A stretch of 29,847 nt of DNA, taken from assembly GCA_035307865.1 (NCBI GenBank), contig DATGHT010000321.1, positions 1-29,847 on the forward strand, in the 5' to 3' direction. A program made the position numbers and the translations under genes. Below the pieces are notes generated by a model that saw nothing but the letters and a program-made list of their open reading frames with translations, was not told the DNA's origin and did no database searches. Below are positions 19,718 to 27,694 of this stretch, one piece after another. This DNA is from Candidatus Eremiobacteraceae bacterium. Its GTDB lineage: Bacteria; Vulcanimicrobiota; Vulcanimicrobiia; Eremiobacterales; Eremiobacteraceae. Every line of letters begins with the position of its first letter. Within the stretch, counting starts at the first letter, position 1.

Positions 19718-22573
19718 TTAGAACCGTCGAATGAAGAAGAACTCGAACAGCCGCGCGTCCTGCGACACCTTTTGGTTGATGAAGCTGCACGAAGGAACTC
19801 CCGGGCTTCCTAGACCGACGCAGCCAGGCGTGGAAGGAGTTGCGTGAACGCCGGACAGGGGGCCGTTAAACGGGAAACACCCGGTACCGTTGTTGTCGAC
19901 TTGACAAGGGGTCGTTCCCTGTAGATTGTTCGTCAGGTTCGTGCCACGAATACCGACGGTGAAGTTGCCGTGATCGAAGTCCTTTGACACCGTCGTGTTG
20001 ACGACGAAATAGCCGCTGCCTTTGCCCTCGTTTTGTGATATCTGCGTTCCTGCCGGGTTCAGCACCGCGATATTGTAGAACGAATCGAAGGAGTAATAGA
20101 CGAGCGGCAACACGCGGAATCCGTTGCTGTGCAAATCCGCCAAGAACGTGCCCGCGAAGAGCGGCACGAGACCTTGGCGCACGTAGACGCCTTGATTCAC
20201 GAGTGTGGATGGCAAGGGGAAGTTGTAGTAACCCGAGTTCCCGCTGGTTGCCGTGGTCCAGTAATTATCGTACGAACCGGAAAGCCAGACCGAGGCTCCG
20301 GTTGGTCGCTGATCGAGATGGCTAAATCCGAGCTCGACGCCCGCCGCGCGTATCTTCAGACCGTTGGTCGGCACGTCTTCTTTTGAAAAGATCGGATTGC
20401 CGCTCGAGTCAAACCCAAGGATCGGATTGTATTCCTCAAAGTAGTTGTCGGTGTGGCGGATCCACGGTCCGATCCGCAACGAGGTGTTGGGCGCGAACTG
20501 ATGCTCCCACATCAAATCGGCATTGTGATTGATCTGCGGCGCGACTGCCGCGCCGGGAGCGAAGGGGTTGTAGAAGGTCGGGACGGTGTGGTTCGAACTC
20601 ATGCGCCAGACATAGGCCGTGCCGACGAACGCAGCAGTGTCTCCCCAGGAGAAGCGCACGACGTTGTTCTCGTTGACGCGATACGTGCCGGCCACCGTCG
20701 GAATCCACGACCCAACCGAGATGGACTTTGCGTTCCTGAAGTCCGTCGAATTCGGGATGGCTGGTATCCCATACCACTCGCGCTGATATCTGAGGCCGGG
20801 CTCGATCGTGAAGTGTCCGCTGTTGACCGAAGCTTGTGCGTACACGTAAGGGATGTGCGTGGGGATGTCCGTCAGCGCGCCGTAAAATGCACGGCCCGGC
20901 CAAGCACCGGTGTTAGGATTGAAGCTTGACAAATTTCGGATATCGCGGAAGTTCTGATCGTATTCCTGTCCGATGCCGGCTTTCAACGTGAGGTTCGCGG
21001 TGGGAGTGTCAGTGTAATCCATCGCGGCGATATACATTCGCGAGTTGCGGTCTTGGTAGTAGTCGCCGGAGTCGTGCGTGCAGGTTGAGCCGCCCGGCGT
21101 GATCGGGAGCGGCGCTCCCGCCTTGTAAGGAAGAGGCGGACAGCCGGCCGGGAGCGGCGGTTCGACGCTGCCCGGATTGTTCGGATCGGTGAGCACTTGA
21201 TCGAAGAGGTACTGATTGAAATTCTCCGCTAAGCGAAACGCGATGCTGGCATGATCGCCGATGACTCGATTCCATTGAATCTTGCCTAGGCCGCCGTAGT
21301 GCCTCGTTGCAACCCCATCACCGTTCGCTAACGATTTGAAATACAGACCACCGGGACACGGTTGCCCGTTGGGCGCGATGCCGCCCATCCCGAAGGTTCC
21401 AAATGTATCGGATGGATCGGGTAAGGCCCCCGGGCAGGGAGCCAATTTTAGCAGCGGCGCTCCGGCCGTACCCGTGTTGAGCAAGTAGCTATTGTTTTGA
21501 TCGTACAGGCTGTTTTCGACCATGATCTGGATGTCGTCTTTGCCGGAGGGCCGGTAGTGAAAGTTGCCGACCAAATCGCGCGTGTTGACCGGTCCTGCAT
21601 TGGTCGAACTGACGCCGCCCGGACCATACACGACGTTCGGGTAGGTGTTTTCGCCGTAGTTGTATTGGTTGTCGGAGAGGACGCCGCCGAATGCCATGTA
21701 GTAGGAGAAGCGATTGTCAGGCGTAGCTCCCCCGTACTCGAGTCCGATCTTGTGATTGAAAGTCGGGCTCGTGAAACCAAATGCGACCGAACCGAATGCC
21801 GGATACCGTCCGGCTTTGACCACAGAATTGATGATACCGGTGCCGTTCGCCGCTGCGCCGGCGTTCAATCCACCGGTGTAGACTTCGAGATTGCCGATGC
21901 CGACATTCGAAAGATTGCTGGTGAAAAAACCGAGGATCCGTTCTGCGATCGGAATGCCGTCGTATTCGTAGCCGTTGTCCGTGTCCTGACCGCCGCGAAT
22001 CGACGGTTCGCTCGGAAAAGCGCCGCCGATGGGAGCGAGCCCTGGAACGGTCGCCGTGTATTCGTACAGCGTTTTATGGAGATCGTCGCCGCCGGACGCT
22101 GCCGCGAGTTGGGTGCCATTGATGTTGTACACGTCCGTGCCGGTGTGCGGCTGAACTAGATTCGAGGAGGCTCGAACCGGTACTCGCCCTAGCGTGCGAA
22201 CCGTCTTGGTCAGTTTGCGATCGACGACGCTCGTTTGGTCTTGGTTGACGTTGACGCCGACGGTCGAGTCAAGCTCGTAGCCCGTAAGGGAGAACGAGAC
22301 CGTATACGTATCGGGATTCAGCGCCTGGACTGAGTAAAATCCCGCCCGGTTCGTATAAGCGGTTTGCGTGCCGCTGCCGGACGTCGCGGTGACTTTTACG
22401 CCCTGCAACGGCGCGCCGGTCTCCGAGTCGGTAACCGTCCCCGTGATCGTTCCGGTCGTCCCCGCCATGACGAGAGACGGCGTGAACGATAGCACGGAAA
22501 GCGCGGCGGCCACAACTGCAACGAATAGCAAACGTTGCCGCTGCACCATCACAGCGCCAAAAAATTGACTCAT
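19718..22573 (-). CDS. TonB-dependent outer-membrane receptor with N-terminal carboxypeptidase-regulatory-like domain
   Basis: Start at ATG 22573 (GAGGAG upstream). Signal peptide, GTITGTVTD...Y.VSFSLTGY domain, plug motifs (VPGL, SIRGG, YEYDGIPI, GIINSVVKAG), aromatic-rich beta strands and a C-terminal Phe. Confidence 0.88.
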   Translation of the reverse strand: MSQFFGAVMVQRQRLLFVAVVAAALSVLSFTPSLVMAGTTGTITGTVTDSETGAPLQGVKVTATSGSGTQTAYTNRAGFYSVQALNPDTYTVSFSLTGYELDSTVGVNVNQDQTSVVDRKLTKTVRTLGRVPVRASSNLVQPHTGTDVYNINGTQLAAASGGDDLHKTLYEYTATVPGLAPIGGAFPSEPSIRGGQDTDNGYEYDGIPIAERILGFFTSNLSNVGIGNLEVYTGGLNAGAAANGTGIINSVVKAGRYPAFGSVAFGFTSPTFNHKIGLEYGGATPDNRFSYYMAFGGVLSDNQYNYGENTYPNVVYGPGGVSSTNAGPVNTRDLVGNFHYRPSGKDDIQIMVENSLYDQNNSYLLNTGTAGAPLLKLAPCPGALPDPSDTFGTFGMGGIAPNGQPCPGGLYFKSLANGDGVATRHYGGLGKIQWNRVIGDHASIAFRLAENFNQYLFDQVLTDPNNPGSVEPPLPAGCPPLPYKAGAPLPITPGGSTCTHDSGDYYQDRNSRMYIAAMDYTDTPTANLTLKAGIGQEYDQNFRDIRNLSSFNPNTGAWPGRAFYGALTDIPTHIPYVYAQASVNSGHFTIEPGLRYQREWYGIPAIPNSTDFRNAKSISVGSWIPTVAGTYRVNENNVVRFSWGDTAAFVGTAYVWRMSSNHTVPTFYNPFAPGAAVAPQINHNADLMWEHQFAPNTSLRIGPWIRHTDNYFEEYNPILGFDSSGNPIFSKEDVPTNGLKIRAAGVELGFSHLDQRPTGASVWLSGSYDNYWTTATSGNSGYYNFPLPSTLVNQGVYVRQGLVPLFAGTFLADLHSNGFRVLPLVYYSFDSFYNIAVLNPAGTQISQNEGKGSGYFVVNTTVSKDFDHGNFTVGIRGTNLTNNLQGTTPCQVDNNGTGCFPFNGPLSGVHATPSTPGCVGLGSPGVPSCSFINQKVSQDARLFEFFFIRRF

Positions 22574-22671
22574 GGTTCTCTCCTCTAACCCAACGAACCG
22601 GACGATACACCCAAATCGGGTTTCCAAGTTGCCCCGCGGTGCGCTAGTCCAACTCATTGGCTCCAGCCCCT

Positions 22672-22700
22672 GTGACGTCCATCATTTACCGTGCTATAGC
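22672..22700 (+). promoter_or_regulatory. Candidate sigma70 promoter for the epimerase operon
   Basis: GTGACG-17 nt-TATAGC with an extended -10 TG (TGCTATAGC). Confidence 0.35.
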
Positions 22701-22737
22701 CGCGCCCTGCGCCACTGCTCCAGAGAGGCCGGCAATA

Positions 22738-22753
22738 CTGCAAAAAGTTGCAG
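22738..22753. promoter_or_regulatory. Perfect inverted repeat, candidate operator
   Basis: CTGCAA-AAAG-TTGCAG in the divergent intergenic region. Confidence 0.35.
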
Positions 22754-22899
22754 AATTGAACGGCCCTCGTTAGGACCGGTTCGTCCGGCTGTTCTGCTCG
22801 CGCGCGCGGAATAGGCAGCTCTTATCACCGCGAGCCGAGGACTTCAGGGGCGGCGACCTAATCGCGTCGGGTATGGTGGGTTCGACCCAAGAGGGCACG

Positions 22900-23907
22900 G
22901 TGGAGTTAACGACCGAGCCGCTTACCTTGCATCTGCGTCATACGTTTAGGATCGCGCGCTCGTCTGAAGACAGTGCACAGACCCTGCTCGTCCGCTTACG
23001 CGTGGACGGTTTTGAAGCGCTCGGTGAATCCTCGCCGATCACGCGCTACGATGAGACGATAGAACGGGTCGCGCAAGAGCTAGGGCGCATCGATGTGTCG
23101 CGCATGGATTTTTGGGCGTTCGATCACGTGCTCGACGCGTTGCCGCAGCGCGAGCCGGGGGCGCGCTGCGGGCTCGATCTTGCATTGCACGACCTCGCCG
23201 GCAAGCGCCTCGGCGTCCCGATCTATCAATTGCTGGGACTCAACCCGCTGGATGCGAAGAAGACGTCGTTCACCATCGGCATCGCGCCGCTCGAGCAAAC
23301 CGTGGAGAAGACACGCGAGGCCCGGCAGCTCCCGATTCTCAAGGTCAAACTTGGCAGGGGAAGTGAGGTGGAAACGCTCGAGGCGGTTCGTTCCGTGTAC
23401 AGCGGCACCATTCGGCTGGACGCGAACGAGGGCTGGACCGCCGAACAGGCGGTGCACATGCTGAAAGAGCTCCGCCGTTTCGATATCGAGTTCTGCGAGC
23501 AGCCGATTCCGGCAGGCCATCCGGAGCAGTTGCGTTTCGTTCGCGAACATTCACCCATTCCTATCATCGTCGATGAGGATTGCCGGCGCTTGGAAGATGT
23601 AGCGCCGCTGCATGGTTGCGTCGACGGCATCAACATCAAATTGGTCAAATGCGGGGGCATGCGTGAGGCGATCCGGATGATCCACGCGGCGCGCGCCTTG
23701 CGCATGAAAGTGATGATCGGTTGCATGATCGAGTCGTCGCTGCTGTGCACTGCGGCGGCTCATTTGACGCCGCTCACCGACTACGCGGATGTCGACGGAC
23801 CGCTGCTCATCACCGACGATCCCTTCGTGGGCGTCGAATACGAGAACGGACGGCTGCGCTTACCACCTGGACCCGGGCTGGGGGTCACACCGCGGCGCAC
23901 GCCGTAG
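22900..23907 (+). CDS. Enolase-superfamily dipeptide epimerase (L-Ala-D/L-Glu epimerase / DgcA-like)
   Basis: Likely GTG start at 22900 (GAGGG upstream; ATG 22873 is an alternative). FRIAR, LKVKLG (KxK), DANEGW, EQP, DED, NIKLVKCGG, GCMIES, DVDG. Confidence 0.9.
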   Translation: MELTTEPLTLHLRHTFRIARSSEDSAQTLLVRLRVDGFEALGESSPITRYDETIERVAQELGRIDVSRMDFWAFDHVLDALPQREPGARCGLDLALHDLAGKRLGVPIYQLLGLNPLDAKKTSFTIGIAPLEQTVEKTREARQLPILKVKLGRGSEVETLEAVRSVYSGTIRLDANEGWTAEQAVHMLKELRRFDIEFCEQPIPAGHPEQLRFVREHSPIPIIVDEDCRRLEDVAPLHGCVDGINIKLVKCGGMREAIRMIHAARALRMKVMIGCMIESSLLCTAAAHLTPLTDYADVDGPLLITDDPFVGVEYENGRLRLPPGPGLGVTPRRTP

Positions 23908-23919
23908 TGTTGCCGCATC

Positions 23920-25011
23920 ATGCAGGAGCGCACGCCCCGCCGCTACGTCATCGTAACGGATGGTTACCTGTTGAATCGCCACGCGAAGACCGCACACGGC
24001 ATGTTGCGTTATACAGAAGATGAGATCGTCGCCGTGATCGACGGCGGCTACGCGGGCAAGGATGTGGCGGACGTGCTGCCGGCGCTCCATCGCAGCGCAC
24101 CGATCGTCGCCTCGGTCAAGGAGGCGCTGCCCTTCGCGCCGACATCCCTCTTAGTGGGAGTGGCTACGGCAGGAGGCATCTTGCCGCCGCAATTTCGTGC
24201 CCACGTGTTGGACGCCATCGATGCGGGCCTGGAGATCGTGAGCGGCTTGCACCAGCTGCTGCGCGACGACCCCGAATTCGTCACGCGCGCACAAAAAAGC
24301 GGCGCACGCTTCTGGGATGTGCGGTTGCCGCCCACATCGATACCGCTTTTTTCCGGTGCAGCATACCGCGTGCCGCAGGTCGTCGCGCTTGCGGTCGGGA
24401 GCGATTGCGCAGTCGGCAAGAAATCCGTCATGATCGAGTTGCAACGGGCGGCGGTTGCAGCGGGCGATCGCGCTGAATTCGTGGCGACCGGCCAGACCGG
24501 CGTCATGATCAGCGGCAAGGGTATCGTCGTCGACCGCGTCATTTCAGATTTTGTTTCCGGCGCCGCCGAACAGCTCGTCCTCGGCGTGAGCGCCGATGCG
24601 CGCTATGCGCTCGTCGAAGGCCAAGGCAGCATTCTGCACCCGGCCTATGGCGCAGTCACTCTCGGCTTGCTCTACGGCAGCGCGCCCGACGTGCTCGTGC
24701 TGTGTCACGAGTGCGGACGCGAGCTCGTCGAAGATTTCGATGTCAAGATCCCCGACCTGAACGCACTGCGCCGCATGCACGAGTCGCTGCTGGCGCCGAT
24801 CAAACCCGCCGCTTGCGTCGCGGTCGCGCTCAACACGCAGCGGCTCAACGAGGCACAGGCTCGGGAAGCCATCGCCGCAGCCCAACGCGATACGGACCTT
24901 CCCGCTGACGACGTCGTGCGCTTTGGCGGCGCGCGTTTGTGGACGGCCGTGCGTGCAGCGGCAACGCAAACAGCGAAAGCGCGGGCGCACGCGCAGCCCT
25001 TGCAAGCATGA
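23920..25011 (+). CDS. DUF1611-family protein (DgcN-like D-glutamate N-acetyltransferase)
   Basis: AKTAHG, IVSGLH, GSDCAVGK, ATGQTG, VEGQGS, LLYGSAPD. Typical partner of dipeptide epimerases. Confidence 0.85.
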   Translation: MQERTPRRYVIVTDGYLLNRHAKTAHGMLRYTEDEIVAVIDGGYAGKDVADVLPALHRSAPIVASVKEALPFAPTSLLVGVATAGGILPPQFRAHVLDAIDAGLEIVSGLHQLLRDDPEFVTRAQKSGARFWDVRLPPTSIPLFSGAAYRVPQVVALAVGSDCAVGKKSVMIELQRAAVAAGDRAEFVATGQTGVMISGKGIVVDRVISDFVSGAAEQLVLGVSADARYALVEGQGSILHPAYGAVTLGLLYGSAPDVLVLCHECGRELVEDFDVKIPDLNALRRMHESLLAPIKPAACVAVALNTQRLNEAQAREAIAAAQRDTDLPADDVVRFGGARLWTAVRAAATQTAKARAHAQPLQA

Positions 25012-26639
25012 ACGCACGTCTCCGAATGCTCGCCTGTTTGCTGTGCGTCGCCGCAGCAAGTTCCGCGTGTACGAAAGTCAGCATGGAATCCTCACATGGA
25101 GGCGTTGCCGCCCGCAACAGCTGGACGATCTCCGGCGTGCTGCGCAGCGCCATCAGCGAGGAGCCCAACACCCTGGTGCGCATATTCTCAAACCAAGCTT
25201 CCGCCGACGACGTGACTGCGCTGCTCTTCGAACCCTTTTTCCGCTACGACGAGCGCGAACGGCCCGTGCCCGCCCTCGCCATGAAATTCCCGACGCCGCA
25301 GAACGGCCTCATCAGCAAAGACGGCCTTCGCATCACCTTCGACTTGCGTCCGAATGCCCGCTGGTCGGACGGCGTTCCCGTGACCGCAAACGATGTGATC
25401 TTCACCTGGCACGCGATCGTCGATGGCAACAACCCCGTCGTCTCGACAGCCGGGTTTGACAAGATCAAGACGATCATCGCCGAAAATCCGCATCGCGTCA
25501 CGCTCGTGTTGAAAGCGCCCTACAGCCCGCTCGTGTACCTGTTCTCAGAAGGATCGTTCCCGCCGCTGCCCGAGCACATTCTGCGCGGCTACAAGACATT
25601 GAACAACATCACGTACGACGCGGCGCCGATCGGGGATGGGCCCTTCAAGCTGAAGCAATGGCTGCATGGCTCCGATCTCATCTTCGTTCCGAACGAACTG
25701 TATTGGCGCGGGCCCGCGCATCTGCGCGAGCTCGACATCAAGATCATCCCCAACGCCAACACGCAGCTCAACGCACTGCGCACGCATGAGATCGACCTCG
25801 TCGACGGCGTTTCGAAACCGCTCGCAGGCGAGTTGCACGCGATTCCCGGGATAAACATCGTGACCCAGCTGCAGGCGAACTATCGGCACCTGGATTTCAA
25901 TCTCAAGAATCCGATCTTGCGCGATGCGCGCGTGCGGCGAGCCATCGCACAGAGCATCGATGTACCCAAGATTCTCCAGGACGTCTACGCGGGCGAGGGC
26001 GTCGTCGCATCGACCGACATTCCGCCGTTTTCCTGGGCCGCGAGCCCGCTGCCGCCCATTCCGTACGACCCCGCGGGCGCGGCCCAGTTGCTCGACGCGG
26101 CGGGTTGGAAGATGGGCCCTGACGGCATCCGCGTCAAAGACGGCCAGCGGCTCGCGCTGGCGATTTCCAGCGCAACCGACAACCGGCCGAATGCAAATGC
26201 GGAAGCGCTGGTCGCACAGGAACTGAAGTCCATCGGCATCGATCTCAGCATAAAGAACTATGCCGGGGCCGTTTTGTTCCTCGAACACGGTCCGCTCTAC
26301 GGCGGCAAATACGACATGTCATGGATCATCAACACCGAAGGCACCGATCCGGACTCGCTCGCCAATTGGGGCTGTCACTACTGGCCCCCCAACGGAGCGA
26401 ATACTGACTTTTACTGCAACCCGAAAGTCGATGCATATATGGAAGACGCGGAGCTGCACTACGATCAAACGCGGCGCCGCGACGACTACGCGCAAGCCTG
26501 GAAGATCATGCTGGCCGAAGTGCCGTCCGTGATCATCTACTGGGATCGTATCATCATCGCCGCCAACTCTGACCTCCGCAACTTGAAACCTTCGCCGGTC
26601 ATCACTGACTACTGGAATGCTTGGGAATGGACAATCTAG
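25008..26639 (+). CDS. Peptide ABC transporter substrate-binding lipoprotein (family 5, OppA/DppA-like)
   Basis: ATGA overlap with the upstream stop. Lipobox SSA-C; ARWSDGVPVTANDVIFTW, PIGDGPFKL, VRRAIAQSID, LLDAAGW. Confidence 0.92.
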   Translation: MNARLRMLACLLCVAAASSACTKVSMESSHGGVAARNSWTISGVLRSAISEEPNTLVRIFSNQASADDVTALLFEPFFRYDERERPVPALAMKFPTPQNGLISKDGLRITFDLRPNARWSDGVPVTANDVIFTWHAIVDGNNPVVSTAGFDKIKTIIAENPHRVTLVLKAPYSPLVYLFSEGSFPPLPEHILRGYKTLNNITYDAAPIGDGPFKLKQWLHGSDLIFVPNELYWRGPAHLRELDIKIIPNANTQLNALRTHEIDLVDGVSKPLAGELHAIPGINIVTQLQANYRHLDFNLKNPILRDARVRRAIAQSIDVPKILQDVYAGEGVVASTDIPPFSWAASPLPPIPYDPAGAAQLLDAAGWKMGPDGIRVKDGQRLALAISSATDNRPNANAEALVAQELKSIGIDLSIKNYAGAVLFLEHGPLYGGKYDMSWIINTEGTDPDSLANWGCHYWPPNGANTDFYCNPKVDAYMEDAELHYDQTRRRDDYAQAWKIMLAEVPSVIIYWDRIIIAANSDLRNLKPSPVITDYWNAWEWTI

Positions 26640-27694
26640 GCCGTGTGCTTTTGTCGGGCGCGCTGTGCGCTCTTGCGTCTATGTCGATAGCGTCCGCCGA
26701 AGCGGATTCGACGAATCCGCGGCTATGGGTGGCGCGCTTTCCGCAGCCCGTCACGAGTGATTACGTCTCGCCGGTACGAGAGGTGCCTGGCGGTTTTGCC
26801 ACCGCGGTCGTCTCGTGGAACGCGCACACGCCGGGCGGTTCGTGGCTCGACGTCCAGCTGCGCGCGCGCATCGCCGGGCGCTGGACAGCATGGTACGACA
26901 TGGGTCGTTGGAGCGCAGACTATACGTCAGGCTTCCGGCGGTCCGTGGCCAAGCAAACCGATGCCGACGGCAATGTCGATACCGACACGCTGCACTTGAA
27001 AAATGTGGCGAACGGATTGCAAGTGCAAGCGCTGTTGCATGCCGGACCCGGAGGTGCGACGCCCCTGTTGTCGCTCGTCGCCGTGACGACCGACACCGCG
27101 CAAGAAAGTCCGGCGGCGGACGTTGCTTGGGGCGAGGACATCGACGTGCCGCAGCGCACCCAGCATGTAGAGGAATCTCCGAATGGCCTCGGCGGCGGCG
27201 GCGAGGCATGGTGCAGTCCGACGAGCGTTTCAATGGTGATGGGATATTGGGCGGCGCTCTTGCATCATCCGGAGTGGGATGCAGACGTGCCGAGCTCTGC
27301 AAAAGGAACGTACGACCCCGTGTACGACGGCTGCGGCAACTGGCCGTTCAACGTCGCGTACGCGTCCGAACACGGTCTCGCCGGCTGGGTCGAGCGTCTC
27401 GCGAGCCTCAGCGATGTCGAGCCTTACATCGCGCGCGGCGTGCCGGTGATCGCCAGCATCAAGGTAGCGCGCGGTGAGATGCAGGGCACGCCCTATGAAA
27501 GCACCGATGGCCACCTGTTGGTCGTGCGCGGTTTCACGCCGCAGGGAGACGTCATCGTCAACGATCCGGCCGGCCGGCCGGGTGCGATTCGCCGCGTCTA
27601 TCGCCGCGACCAATTCACGCATGCCTGGCAACATGGGTCGGGCGGCATCGTCTACATCATCGGTCCGCCGGCGCTGTTGCAGCAACTCCGCTAG
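26627..27694 (+). CDS. Secreted C39-like cysteine peptidase with N-terminal beta-rich domain
   Basis: Sec signal ending ASAEA. WCSPTSVSMV (Cys), DGHLLVVRGF (His), VNDP (Asp). Confidence 0.82.
   Translation: MDNLGRVLLSGALCALASMSIASAEADSTNPRLWVARFPQPVTSDYVSPVREVPGGFATAVVSWNAHTPGGSWLDVQLRARIAGRWTAWYDMGRWSADYTSGFRRSVAKQTDADGNVDTDTLHLKNVANGLQVQALLHAGPGGATPLLSLVAVTTDTAQESPAADVAWGEDIDVPQRTQHVEESPNGLGGGGEAWCSPTSVSMVMGYWAALLHHPEWDADVPSSAKGTYDPVYDGCGNWPFNVAYASEHGLAGWVERLASLSDVEPYIARGVPVIASIKVARGEMQGTPYESTDGHLLVVRGFTPQGDVIVNDPAGRPGAIRRVYRRDQFTHAWQHGSGGIVYIIGPPALLQQLR

Noticed and set aside
19718-22573. TBDR looks less GC-rich, suggesting horizontal acquisition
   Set aside because: Impression by eye only, explainable by Asn/Tyr/Thr-rich composition; no integrase, IS, tRNA or direct repeats at the borders.
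22700-22760. GCCACTG near a TonB receptor, suggesting a cobalamin riboswitch
   Set aside because: Wrong strand for the receptor, and it lacks the GGGAA, CCCGC-ACTGT and GGGAAG elements.
22821-22860. CTTATC...CGGCGACC reminiscent of a SAM-I riboswitch
   Set aside because: No AGAG/GAGGGA kink-turn core and no P1 partner (GATAAG/GATGAG) nearby.
24939-25007. Longer N-termini in the ORF track (SBP, TBDR, atpF, atpC, wecB, pfkB, phosphatase, TIM barrel)
   Set aside because: They overlap neighbouring genes or lack an RBS; downstream starts give proper signal peptides and family lengths.
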